Source: an uncultured Bacteroidota bacterium
Lineage (GTDB): Bacteria > Bacteroidota > Bacteroidia > Chitinophagales > Chitinophagaceae
Reading direction: 5' to 3'
Assembly: GCA_963779325.1 (NCBI GenBank)
Contig: CAVZXS010000011.1
Coordinates: forward strand, 400,858-464,857
Length of the DNA stretch: 64,000 nucleotides
A model generated the notes under the pieces. That model saw only the letters and a list, made by a program, of their open reading frames with translations, ran no database searches and had not been told where the DNA came from. Of the stretch, positions 19,823 to 29,487 are shown in pieces (position 1 is the first letter of the stretch; every line of letters begins with the position of its first letter). Made by a program: the position numbers and the translations under genes.

Positions 19823-20341
19823 ATGAAAATTAAATTCATACTGTTTTCCCTACTTGCCCTGACACTTACCGGTTGTGCGCCAAAAGCATATCCTTTAAAA
19901 GGAACTTACACAAATGGTAACTATGAACAGCTTTCTGATAAAACAAAAGATCAGGTTTGGGATAACATTATTGATTTCTTTGCTAAGAATGGAATTGGTA
20001 TTAAAATAATTGATCGCAGCAGCGGATTAATTATTTCAGGGGAAACGACTTTAACGTGGAGTTATGAAAATAGTAAAGGTGAACTTTTAAATAAAGATGC
20101 GTGGGTGGCTATTTATAAAATCTATGATCCCGGTTCTCGTATTGTTTACAAACCTTATTTAGTTACCGGAGAGTGGAATATTAGAATAAAAGAGCAAAGT
20201 GGAAAAACTCTAATAAACATTAATTTGGTAAATCCAAGTTATACGCTAAGTCAGACTTCAGCAAGCAAATCAATATTTCAAAAAGGGTATTTGCAATCTA
20301 CGGGTAACTTTGAGAAATGGGTTTACGGCAATATAAAATAA
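19823..20341 (+). CDS. hypothetical lipoprotein
   Basis: 172 aa; signal peptide with lipobox LTLTGC. Confidence 0.5.
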   Translation: MKIKFILFSLLALTLTGCAPKAYPLKGTYTNGNYEQLSDKTKDQVWDNIIDFFAKNGIGIKIIDRSSGLIISGETTLTWSYENSKGELLNKDAWVAIYKIYDPGSRIVYKPYLVTGEWNIRIKEQSGKTLININLVNPSYTLSQTSASKSIFQKGYLQSTGNFEKWVYGNIK

Positions 20342-20435
20342 AAAGGGCAGGATAGAAATCCCGCCCGATAAGTTAAAAGCCATTGATATGGCCAGACAAA
20401 AATAAGATAAAAACGGCCTCAAAACAGAGGTAAAC

Positions 20436-20457
20436 TGCTCCCCTTTTTGCTCCCCTT
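20436..20457 (+). repeat. 22-bp putative integrase arm-type site (right copy)
   Basis: identical to 10268-10289. Confidence 0.6.
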
Positions 20458-20511
20458 CCATAAAATTAAAATGCAAATAATTGTAAATTAATTATTTGCG
20501 AAAATAAGTTG

Positions 20512-20598
20512 CGGAGACTAAGGGATTCGAACCCTTGATACAGTTTCCCGTATACACACTTTCCAGGCGTGCTCCTTCAACCACTCGGACAAGTCTCC
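20512..20598 (-). tRNA. tRNA-Ser (anticodon GGA), class II with long variable arm
   Basis: reverse complement reads GGAGACTTGTCCGAGTGGTTGAAGGAGCACGCCTGGAAAGTGTG...GGGTTCGAATCCCTTAGTCTCCG; anticodon loop CT-GGA-AA; its 3' end is the att core of the adjacent integrative element. Confidence 0.85.
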
Positions 20599-20633
20599 AA
20601 AAAAATCGGGTGGCAAAAATACAGTTTCATTGC

Positions 20634-21395
20634 TCAGGTTCCGAATAAAGTTTCAGCATTCTTTGTCGTAATAGAATCAACCTCTGCCAAAGACAAGTTT
20701 TTTATTTCGGTAATCTTTTCAGCTATCAGTTTCAAATAGCTGCATTCATTTCTTTTTCCCCTGTAAGGAACCGGCGCCAGGTAAGGCGCATCTGTTTCCA
20801 AAAGAATATGCTTTATAGCAATATTATTAAGTACTGTGTCCAACCCTGATTTTTTGAAGGTAACCACCCCGCCTATTCCGAGATAAAAACCAAGATCAAT
20901 AATCTTATTCGCCTGTTCGGCGCTGCCTCCAAAACAATGAAATACGCCTTTCAGTTTTCCATTTTGCTTTTTGCTCACTGCTTCAATACATTCATCTATC
21001 GAGTCCCGGGAATGAATAACAATTGGTATATCAAACTCCAATGCCCAATCCATTTGCATGTTAAAGACTTCAAATTGTTGCTCTTTAAAACTCAGGTCCC
21101 AATAAAAATCAAGTCCTATTTCACCAATAGCTATAAACTTCCTCTTTTCCAGGTATTGCCTCGCTATTTTCAGTTCTTCCTCAAAGCCTTCTTTTACCGA
21201 ACAGGGATGAAGCCCCATCATAGCAATGCATTGGCCCGGAAATCCTTCCTCTAATTGCAGCATGGAACTATGCGTTTCACTGTCGATAGCCGGTAATAAA
21301 AATTTGCTCACTCCTGCATTTTTCCCGCGCAGTATCATTTCGGCCCTGTCGGCATCAAACTCTTTGAGGTAAATATGGCAATGCGTATCAATCAT
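20634..21395 (-). CDS. tatD: TatD-family metal-dependent hydrolase/DNase
   Basis: 253 aa; [17 protein letters not shown] start and conserved His/Asp/Glu pattern of TatD. Confidence 0.85.
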   Translation of the reverse strand: MIDTHCHIYLKEFDADRAEMILRGKNAGVSKFLLPAIDSETHSSMLQLEEGFPGQCIAMMGLHPCSVKEGFEEELKIARQYLEKRKFIAIGEIGLDFYWDLSFKEQQFEVFNMQMDWALEFDIPIVIHSRDSIDECIEAVSKKQNGKLKGVFHCFGGSAEQANKIIDLGFYLGIGGVVTFKKSGLDTVLNNIAIKHILLETDAPYLAPVPYRGKRNECSYLKLIAEKITEIKNLSLAEVDSITTKNAETLFGT

Positions 21396-21460
21396 CAGGG
21401 TATTATTTGAAACAAAACTGCCGAAAAATTTTAGCTTTACGTTAAACTTGTACTAATAAA

Positions 21461-22435
21461 ATGAATCTACCTTGCGTTATTAAATTGTACACAAAGCCCC
21501 TTTTTATGAAATTCGTAAAAACCCCTGCCCGATTACTGACTGCATTTCTGCTTATTACCCTTGCCTTTTTTACAGCTTGTAACAAAGATGAGAGTGCTTC
21601 ATTAACGGCACAAGAAGAAGAGCTGGCCTCTGTAGCCATCAGCGAAGCAGATGCTGAAGCAGATGTAGTATTTGACAATGTATTTGATGATGTAATGGGA
21701 GTGAGTGATGACGTGGGTTTACAGGGAACAGGGATATATGGTAAAATAGCTATCGTTAATCAAAATGCCCGTATTGACAGCATCAGCCCCACGCTGAGAT
21801 GTGCTTCACTTACAATAACCAAACCCAATCCACCCGCCCCTTTTCCGGTAAGAATTGTTGTTGATTTCGGCACGGGCTGTAAAGGCCCCGACGGTCGTAC
21901 ACGTTCCGGAAAAATAATTTCTGAATATACAGGACGTCTTATTACCCCGGGTGCAACGGCTACTACTACCTTTAAAGACTATAAAATTGACAGTATCTCC
22001 ATTGACGGTACCCACAAAATAAGCAATACAGGCAGCAGCAATACAGAGCGTAAGTTTAAAGTGGAGGTTAGCAATGCCAAACTCACTAAGCCCACCGGCA
22101 ATTTCGCCGAATGGAACAGTACTAAAATCATTACTCAAACCGAGGGGCTAAATACTCCCTTTATTGCAAAGGATGATATTTTCCGTATAGAAGGTAGTGC
22201 CGGCGGTCGTGTACGAAGAAATAATTTGATTGTGGCATGGAGGTCTGAGATCACGGATCCCCTTGTAAAAAGATTCAATTGCCGCTGGATTGTAAAGGGA
22301 AAAGTACGTATGATACGGTCAAACAGCAACGCAAATTCGCCGTGGACGGCATTATTAGATTTCGGCAACGGAGACTGCAATAACCGGGCTTTAATCACAA
22401 TTAATGGCATAATTCACGAAATTACTTTGCCATAA
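21461..22435 (+). CDS. hypothetical lipoprotein (paralog of 38280..39122)
   Basis: 324 aa; signal/lipobox FFTAC; shares VVDFGTGC...RSGKI and C-terminal FGNGDCNNRALITINGI..ITLP with the 38280 protein. Confidence 0.5.
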   Translation: MNLPCVIKLYTKPLFMKFVKTPARLLTAFLLITLAFFTACNKDESASLTAQEEELASVAISEADAEADVVFDNVFDDVMGVSDDVGLQGTGIYGKIAIVNQNARIDSISPTLRCASLTITKPNPPAPFPVRIVVDFGTGCKGPDGRTRSGKIISEYTGRLITPGATATTTFKDYKIDSISIDGTHKISNTGSSNTERKFKVEVSNAKLTKPTGNFAEWNSTKIITQTEGLNTPFIAKDDIFRIEGSAGGRVRRNNLIVAWRSEITDPLVKRFNCRWIVKGKVRMIRSNSNANSPWTALLDFGNGDCNNRALITINGIIHEITLP

Positions 22436-22562
22436 TAAAAAAAATATTATACCTTTAAATCAGTTTTCATAGGGTACGGATTAAAAACGGGCCAGGGTTT
22501 CTACCCCGGCCCTAACTTTTTTACTGATTTTCAATCATTTAGAATTCATTCCGCTTTTATAC

Positions 22563-23279
22563 TTACTCAATAAACTTAAACCGGTAGCCTTCTTTTTTTA
22601 AGTGAACCAGTACTTTCGGAAGCACATATTGCAATTTTTCAAAAGATTTTGTACTGTCGTGCAGCACAATTATAGAACCCGGCCCGGCATTAAAAATTAC
22701 GTTCTCAAGACATTTTTTATTGTTAATTTTTTCATCAAAATCCGCACTTAATACATCCCACATAATCACTTTAGCTTTCTTACCTTTCATTACGGCTTGC
22801 AAATTTTCTGCTTGAAATCTTGTGATTCTGCCATACGGCGGTCTGAATAAATCAGAGTCAATATGCCTTGCCGCTTCGGCTATATCTCGCATATATTTTT
22901 CATTAGAAACCTTCCATCCGTTCAGGTGATTATGGGTATGATTGCCTACACGATGACCTTCATTAATTATTCTTTTGTATAACTCCGGATGCGCCGCTGC
23001 ATTTTTACCAATACAAAAAAATGTAGCTAACGCTTCATATTTCTTTAATTCATTTAAAACAAAAGGAGTGGCTTCAGGATGCGGCCCGTCATCAAAAGTG
23101 AGATAAACAATTTTTTCAGCTGTTGGTATACTCCATATATAAGAAGGATAAATTTTCTTTATCCACCCGGGCGTTTTTACAAAATACATTGTATTCATGT
23201 ACAGCAAAGATACTGATGATGTACTTTCGCAGTAAAATTCTTCCTGCTTCAGCTGTTGCCGTTGCAACAGCAATTCCAC
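22563..23279 (-). CDS. polysaccharide deacetylase (NodB-homology domain)
   Basis: YLTFDDGPHPEATPFVLNELKKYEALATFF and downstream His motifs typical of CE4 deacetylases; true start probably an internal Met. Confidence 0.8.
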   Translation of the reverse strand: MELLLQRQQLKQEEFYCESTSSVSLLYMNTMYFVKTPGWIKKIYPSYIWSIPTAEKIVYLTFDDGPHPEATPFVLNELKKYEALATFFCIGKNAAAHPELYKRIINEGHRVGNHTHNHLNGWKVSNEKYMRDIAEAARHIDSDLFRPPYGRITRFQAENLQAVMKGKKAKVIMWDVLSADFDEKINNKKCLENVIFNAGPGSIIVLHDSTKSFEKLQYVLPKVLVHLKKEGYRFKFIE

Positions 23280-23338
23280 TTTATAAAATCGCCTGCAAAA
23301 AAATCTTATAGCACTAAAAAAATTATCTTTACAAACTT

Positions 23339-24871
23339 ATGAATAAAGTCAGAGTTCGTTTTGCCCCTTCTCCTACAGGCGGTTTGCACATGGGCGGTGT
23401 AAGAACAGTTTTATACAATTACTTATTTGCCAAAAAACATGGCGGTACGTTTGTATTGCGTATAGAAGATACGGATCAGAGCAGGTTTGTACCCGGCGCC
23501 GAGGAATATATTTTTAATTGTTTGAAATGGGCCGGGCTTGAACCTGACGAAAGCCCTGTACACGGTGGCCCCTATGGACCTTACCGGCAAAGCGAACGTA
23601 AAGAATTGTACAAACAATACGCGGAGCAGCTTATAAAAGACGGCTATGCTTATTACGCATTTGATACGCCGGAAGAGTTGGAAAAAATGCGTACAGATTT
23701 TAAAACTGCCGATAACCCCGCGCCGCAATACGACAAGTCGGTAAGAATGCGCATGCGCAATTCTTTATCGCTAAGCGAAGAGGAAACAAAAAAATTATTA
23801 GCCGCCCGCACAAGACATGTAGTACGGATAAAAATACCGGGCAACGAAACGGTTTCATTTACAGATATGATTCGCGGCGAAGTTCATTTTGATACTGCAT
23901 TGGTGGATGATAAAGTATTGCTGAAAGCCGATGGTATGCCTACTTACCATTTAGCTGTGGTGGTAGATGATTATTTAATGAAGATAACGCATGCCTTTCG
24001 CGGCGAGGAATGGTTGCCGAGTGCGCCGGTACATATTTTATTATGGAAATATTTATTTGGTTTGGATAAGATGCCGCAATGGGCGCATTTACCGTTGATA
24101 TTGGGGCCAAACGGTAAATTGAGTAAAAGAGACGGAGCGAAATACGGTTTCCCTGTTTTTGCTATGAATTGGATTGATAAAAAAGCAAATGACCCTGATA
24201 ATAATGCAGTAACAGAAGGATTTAAAGAAAAAGGATTTTTACCCGAAGCATTTATCAACCTGTTGGCATTATTGGGTTGGAACGACGGCACGGAGAAAGA
24301 AATTTTTACGATGGAGGAATTGATAGAGCATTTTTCGATAGAAAGAGTACACAGCGGCGGCGCCAAGTTTGATTATGAAAAAGCAAAATGGTTCAACCAC
24401 GAATGGTTGAAGAAATTACCTGTTGAAAATTGGATGGTACAGGTAAAAGAAATATTTGCAGCAAAAGGCATTGTAATTACCGACGATAATTATTTTAAAA
24501 AAGTATTGGAACTAATTAAAGAACGCTGTCACTTGCTGCCCGATTTTTATGAACAAGGTTCTTTTTTCTTTAAAACTCCCGAAAGCTTTGATACAGCCGC
24601 GGTCAAACCAAAATGGAGTGATGATAAGAAATTATTTTTTGAAGACTTTATAAATAGGTTCCCGGCAATCAGGAATTGGGAATCTGCCGGCATTGAAACC
24701 GAGTTTAAAAATTTGGCCGCAGAAAAAAATATTAAACCCGGCGATTTATTATTCGCCCTCCGCATTATGCTGGTAGGCGGAAAGTTCGGTCCGCCGGTTT
24801 TTGATATTGCCGCTTTAATAGGTAAGGAAGAAACTGTAAAACGGATAAAGTTATTTTTGTCGGTTATATAG
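23339..24871 (+). CDS. gltX: glutamate--tRNA ligase
   Basis: 510 aa; RFAPSPTGGLHMGG (HIGH-class motif) and GKLSKRDG (KMSKS-class motif). Confidence 0.9.
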   Translation: MNKVRVRFAPSPTGGLHMGGVRTVLYNYLFAKKHGGTFVLRIEDTDQSRFVPGAEEYIFNCLKWAGLEPDESPVHGGPYGPYRQSERKELYKQYAEQLIKDGYAYYAFDTPEELEKMRTDFKTADNPAPQYDKSVRMRMRNSLSLSEEETKKLLAARTRHVVRIKIPGNETVSFTDMIRGEVHFDTALVDDKVLLKADGMPTYHLAVVVDDYLMKITHAFRGEEWLPSAPVHILLWKYLFGLDKMPQWAHLPLILGPNGKLSKRDGAKYGFPVFAMNWIDKKANDPDNNAVTEGFKEKGFLPEAFINLLALLGWNDGTEKEIFTMEELIEHFSIERVHSGGAKFDYEKAKWFNHEWLKKLPVENWMVQVKEIFAAKGIVITDDNYFKKVLELIKERCHLLPDFYEQGSFFFKTPESFDTAAVKPKWSDDKKLFFEDFINRFPAIRNWESAGIETEFKNLAAEKNIKPGDLLFALRIMLVGGKFGPPVFDIAALIGKEETVKRIKLFLSVI

Positions 24872-24999
24872 GATGTTATTGTAACTCCATAGCGTTGTTC
24901 TTTAGTAAAAAAGTCAAAAAAATTAAGGGGTAATAAAAGCTCACTTAAGAGCATTATGCAATCCTGAAAGTTTCTGCATCCATAAACAAATAACTGTTT

Positions 25000-27900
25000 A
25001 TGAGAAAAAATCTACTCCCCCTATTCATTCTCCTTTTTTATACCAAATTAATAAATGCGCAAGCTAAAGATGATCCGATAGAACTTAAAAATTTATCGGT
25101 AAGCATTAAAGCGGACTTGTTTACAGCCATTACAACACTCAACATGGAATTTTATAATCCCAATGCAAAAGTGCTGGATGGTGAGTATAATTTTTCATTA
25201 AAAGACGGGCAAGTGATTACAGGCTTTGCATTGGACATTAACGGCTTCATGCGTGAAGGCGTAATCGTAGATAAACAAAAAGGCAGAGTAGCGTATGAAA
25301 ATATAATCCGGCGGCGTGTTGACCCGGGTTTATTGGAAATGACTGCAGGCAATAATTATCGCGTAAGAGTTTATCCAATGCCTTCCAAAGGAGCCAGGAA
25401 AATAAAAATAATAATTACCGAACTTCTTTCTATAAAAGAAAATGCATTGCAATACAATTTGCCGTTGGATTTTTCATATCCCGTCAGGCAGGTTAAAGTT
25501 GATATTGCGGCTGAAACCGATGATATTTTGCCCTTAACAAATGATGGTCTTTTGAAAAAATCAGTTTTTTCAAAAAGTAATTCACAGTTTATTCTTCAGT
25601 ATGACGAAAAAAATACTGAAATAAAAAAGCCCGTATCCTTTCGTATTCCGCTTGATTCGAAGAGGAAAATTTTATGTAAACAAACAACGGATAGTGTAAC
25701 CCGATTTGCAATTCATTTAAAACCTGAAATGGAAAATTCAAAAGCGGCTTCTTTTTCATCGGCAACTGTTTTTTGGGATATATCATCCTCTGCCGCTCAA
25801 ACGGGATATCAAAAAGGATATTCAATTTCTTGAAAACATAATTGAGGAAAAAGAACTTGGTGATCTTACCGTTGTCACATTTAGTAATGCGGTTCATGAG
25901 GTAAAAGATTTCAAGGGCAAATCGATTGTTAATGCAGTACGCAGGTTTCTGTCTTCACAAATAACAGATGGCGGCACACAGCTGGGCTCAATTGATTGCA
26001 GCAGGTTTGATTCAGATGTTTATTTTTTGTTTAGCGACGGCTTGAGCAATTTCGGGAGCGATAAAATAAATACAACACAAAAACCTGTTTATTGTATTTC
26101 ATCCTCCGCAACAACAAATCAAACTTTACTCAAAAGAATTGCTGAACAAACAGGCGGGCGATACATAGACCTTTACTCAACTGAAATAAAAAAAGCAATA
26201 AATGAATTCAACAGTTTACAAAAAATATTGCTTTATGTTCAGTCAGCCAATAAAATGATTGCTGCAAATCTATCAATGCCGATAGCGTTTGATGATTGGG
26301 TAACATTTTCAGGAGAAATAAATGCAAAAACAGATACACTAATATTCGCTTTTGGCGATAACGGGCAAGTGCTAAAAACCGAAACGGTTTATCTTAATGG
26401 GATTGAAACATGTGTATCTGAATCGCCCGGCACCATAAATATTTTGCAACAGTATGAAAAAATATTAAAAGACAATGATGAAACCGTTTTACTGCCTTTT
26501 GCCAAAAAGAATAAATTGGTATCGACGGTTTCGTCTTTCATTGTATTGGATAACTTAGAAGATTATATCCAGTATGGAATAGAACCGCCATCCGATTTGG
26601 CTGATGAATATAATAAGCGGTTGTATGTAGTAAAACAAAAAGAAGAGCAACAGAAAATAGACGAAACCAATGCGGTAATTAATAACCTGAGGAAAACAGT
26701 TGCTTTATATAATGACCGTATTACCTGGTGGGATAAAAATGAACCGCTAATCAGCTTACAGGAAGTTGAAAAAAAGAATGAAGAGCGGTTGTCGATTAAT
26801 AACAATTCGAACGCTGATCAAAATGAAATATCAGAAAAGTCCAATAACAACGACAATGCTGATGTTTTTAAACTAAGCACTAATTCATTAAACGAAGTAG
26901 TTGTGGTTGGTTACGGAACTCAACAAAGAAGAGATATAACGGGATCCGTAGCTACTATTCGTTCTTCCGAATTTGCAAATTCAGGTACACTGAGTGTACA
27001 ACAGGCATTACAAGGGAAAGTAGCAGGGCTGATGGTTGTACAAAATAACGGATCACCCGGAATTGCTCCCAAAATTTTTATTCGCGGAGTCGGAACATTA
27101 GGTGCCAATAGAGAACCGCTTTATATATTGGATGGCATGCCTGTTGACGGAGATTTTATCGCTACTATTAATGTAAACGATATTGAAAGCTGTAAGCGTG
27201 TATAAAGATATACAGGCAAGTGCATTATTTGGCAGTCGTGCAAGTAACGGAGCTATTGTAATTACAACAAAAAGGGGTTTCAGAAACAGCAATCAATACT
27301 TACAGGGTGTAGCCAAGTATAAAGATTTGGATGATGTAGAATATGTTACAGAGTTGAAGGAAGTCGATAAAACAATGATTTATAAAAATTACCTGGGGAT
27401 GAAAGACAGCTTAGGTAAAGAACCTGCTTTTTATTTTGATGTAGCCCAGTTACTGTTTGAATCAGGTGATAAAGAAAAGGCGTTTCGGGTTTTAACAAAC
27501 CTGGCAGAGCTTGATAATGAAAGCCATCAATTGCTCCGTGCCATGGGTTATGTACTGGAAAGTTGGAAGATGGATGATGAAGCGGTTTCAGTTTATAAAA
27601 AAGTCTTACTGATAAAAGAAGAAGAGCCGCAATCATACAGGGATATTGCATTGGCATATGAAAGAAAAGGAGATCATCAGCAGGCAGTTGATATTTTATA
27701 CACCTGTCTTACAAAAAATTGGTATCAATATGAAGCAAGGTACAGGGGCTTAAAATCATTATTGCTGAATGAAATGAATGCAATCATATTGCAACAAGGT
27801 AAAATATTGGATCTTTCAAAGATTAACGGAGGCGTTATTAAACCGTTACCTGTTGATCTGCGTATTGTTATTGACTGGAATAAAGATGAAACGGATATTG

Positions 27901-28214
27901 ACTTGCACATAATTGAACCGGGTGGTCAAGAGTGTTCTTATCAAAATCATAATACTAAGAACGGAGGTCGGCTGTCAGAAGATTTTACCCAAGGCTATGG
28001 TCCCGAAGAATACCAAATAAAAGAAGCTAAAAAAGGCAAGTATGCAATACGGGTAAAATATTATGGAGACAGGTACCAAAAGCAGCAGGTACCATCTTTT
28101 ATTAAACTGACGATTTATAAGAATTTCGGAAGACCTGATCAATCTGTAAAAATTGAAAACTTAATTATGGACTATCAAACGGGGATGGTTGAAATAGGAG
28201 AAGTTAAGTTCTAA
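25000..28214 (+). pseudogene. large multidomain protein (VIT domain, vWA domain, TonB-plug-like segment, TPR region, C-terminal DUF2135-like domain) broken into three ORFs by two frameshifts
   Basis: ORF1 25000..25833 (VIT-like; ...VFWDISSSAAQ then shifts), ORF2 26027..27205 reads back without stops to ~25800 in the +1 frame, ORF3 27183..28214 continues in another frame (IVITTKRG plug-like motif, TPR-like helices, DLHIIEPGGQECSYQNH...YYGD DUF2135-like). Confidence 0.6.
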
Positions 28215-28308
28215 AAAATATTTTCTAAAAAATTCTTTGCAAAAAGTTGGCAGTATCAAAAAAATAAATTCATCTTTGCACCGCAAAACAAAATTTAAAA
28301 AACAAAAC

Positions 28309-28401
28309 ATGTTACACATACAGCTACATATTGAGTCGGTGAATTGGTTTAGTCCTAAGGGTGACTATACAGTTTGCGGGGCATGTTATGCTGATGAATA
28401 A
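28309..28401 (+). CDS. candidate small peptide ORF (30 aa) MLHIQLHIESVNWFSPKGDYTVCGACYADE, followed by a strong terminator
   Basis: ATG at 28309, stop 28399-28401; below the ORF-track size cutoff; terminator at 28429-28456. Confidence 0.3.
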   Translation: MLHIQLHIESVNWFSPKGDYTVCGACYADE

Positions 28402-28428
28402 GTTAAACCGAATTCGATATAACACAGG

Positions 28429-28456
28429 CCCCGTAAGTGATTGCGGGGTTTTTTTT
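28429..28456 (+). terminator. rho-independent terminator
   Basis: CCCCG-taagtgatt-gCGGGG followed by TTTTTTTT. Confidence 0.65.
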
Positions 28457-28596
28457 GGCCCCGCCTAAATCCTCCCCAAAGGGGAGGACTTGAGAAAAAC
28501 TTAAAACTGTGCATTGTTTTGTGTAAAACAAACAGAATTGAATCTATAATAACATAAAAAATAAAAGTGCTGAAACAATTTAAACATAAACGATTT

Positions 28597-28725
28597 ATGA
28601 AACTGAATGATTCGTTATCATCGACAGGATGCTATTGGTATGTGCCGGCGGGCAGAAGTATTGAACCCATAGGCAATGAGAATGATAATAAACATATACG
28701 ACCGAGTTGTGCCCAAACACAGTAA
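28597..28725 (+). CDS. candidate small peptide/leader ORF (42 aa) MKLNDSLSSTGCYWYVPAGRSIEPIGNENDNKHIRPSCAQTQ
   Basis: ATG 28597, TAA 28723-28725; its 3' end overlaps the upstream arm of an antiterminator-like stem. Confidence 0.3.
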   Translation: MKLNDSLSSTGCYWYVPAGRSIEPIGNENDNKHIRPSCAQTQ

Positions 28726-28746
28726 ACTGTGTTTGAATAATAAGAA

Positions 28747-28775
28747 CCCGGTCGTATAAAACGACCGGGTTTTTT
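28747..28775 (+). terminator. rho-independent terminator with competing upstream pairing (attenuator-like)
   Basis: CCCGGTCGT-ataaa-ACGACCGGG plus TTTTTT; the CGGTCGTATA segment can alternatively pair with TATACGACCG at 28695-28704. Confidence 0.6.
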
Positions 28776-28875
28776 GTACCCCTAACCCCTAAAGGGGGAT
28801 AAAAAGCTCAGCAGGTCGTACATGAATTAAATAATTGGAAAATCCTTTTTGGGGAAGGGCTAAGGAAGGTAAGTG

Positions 28876-29013
28876 ATGAAATTTTTATTAGCAGTATTGG
28901 CTATTCATTTTATAATTGAATTGATCAACAATAAAAGAAAATCGGGGGAAGAGAATATAGAGAATGAGATGAATGAAAAAATTATTCATCCGTCGGAATA
29001 CAGCATAAGATAA
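28876..29013 (+). CDS. candidate small membrane protein (45 aa) MKFLLAVLAIHFIIELINNKRKSGEENIENEMNEKIIHPSEYSIR
   Basis: hydrophobic N-terminal helix then charged tail; terminator hairpin 29041-29073 follows. Confidence 0.35.
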   Translation: MKFLLAVLAIHFIIELINNKRKSGEENIENEMNEKIIHPSEYSIR

Positions 29014-29040
29014 AAGTATTAGATGCAGAAAGGAGGAATA

Positions 29041-29073
29041 AGTGCTCCCCGTGAGATGCAGCGGGGACACTTT
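29041..29073 (+). terminator. terminator hairpin GTGCTCCCCG..CGGGGACAC plus TTTT
   Basis: imperfect 9-bp stem with U-tract. Confidence 0.5.
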
Positions 29074-29210
29074 TAAAAGCCCCTATCCTCCAAAGGGGAT
29101 GATGAAAGTGAATACGGTTTGGTGTATGGTAACATATTCTTCTCCCTTTCTTTCTGAAAGGAAAATAGCAGGAGAAAGTTTTCGGTTCAAATCCGGAAGC
29201 CGTACAATGG

Positions 29211-29281
29211 TGGCTTATAGTTCAACGGAAGAATGCTGTGCTACGAACGCAGTGATATAAGTTCGAGTCTTATTAAGCCAA
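29211..29281 (+). tRNA. tRNA-Arg (ACG), AT-rich divergent
   Basis: clean cloverleaf: acceptor TGGCTTA/TAAGCCA, D arm GTTC-AACGGAA-GAAT, anticodon arm CTGTG-CTACGAA-CGCAG, T arm ATAAG-TTCGAGT-CTTAT. Confidence 0.6.
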
Positions 29282-29326
29282 CAAAAGTTGATGACCTGTA
29301 GCTTAAGTTTTTCAGTCATCACAAAA

Positions 29327-29401
29327 TGGTTCGTAGCTCAATTGGATTAGAGCTTCCGGTTTTTACCCGGAAGGTTGTGAGTTCGAATCTCACCGGGCCA
29401 A
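29327..29401 (+). tRNA. tRNA-Lys (TTT), divergent (two G-U pairs in acceptor)
   Basis: acceptor TGGTTCG/CGGGCCA, D arm GCTC-AATTGGATTA-GAGC, anticodon arm TCCGG-TTTTTAC-CCGGA, T arm GTGAG-TTCGAAT-CTCAC. Confidence 0.55.
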
Positions 29402-29405
29402 CAAA

Positions 29406-29483
29406 GGGAATATAGTTCAACGGCAGAATCCCGCACATGCGGGATTAAGCCATCAGATGAATGTTCGAATCATTCTGTTCCCG
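29406..29483 (+). tRNA. tRNA-like pseudogene (acceptor, D and T arms intact; anticodon arm replaced by a 6-bp/4-nt-loop hairpin)
   Basis: GGGAATA...TGTTCCC acceptor, GTTC-AACGGCA-GAAT D arm, GAATG-TTCGAAT-CATTC T arm, but central TCCCGC-ACAT-GCGGGA cannot form a 7-nt anticodon loop. Confidence 0.35.
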
Positions 29484-29487
29484 CAAT

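Larger units (their letters stand above)
10135..20525. mobile_element. ~10.4 kb integrative element inserted at the 3' end of tRNA-Ser(GGA), bounded by direct repeats of the tRNA 3' terminus
   Basis: 16-bp direct repeat TGCGGAGACTAAGGGA at 10135-10150 and 20510-20525 (the latter is the 3' end of the intact tRNA-Ser); tyrosine integrase immediately inside left end; identical 22-bp arm-like repeats inside both ends. Confidence 0.75.
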
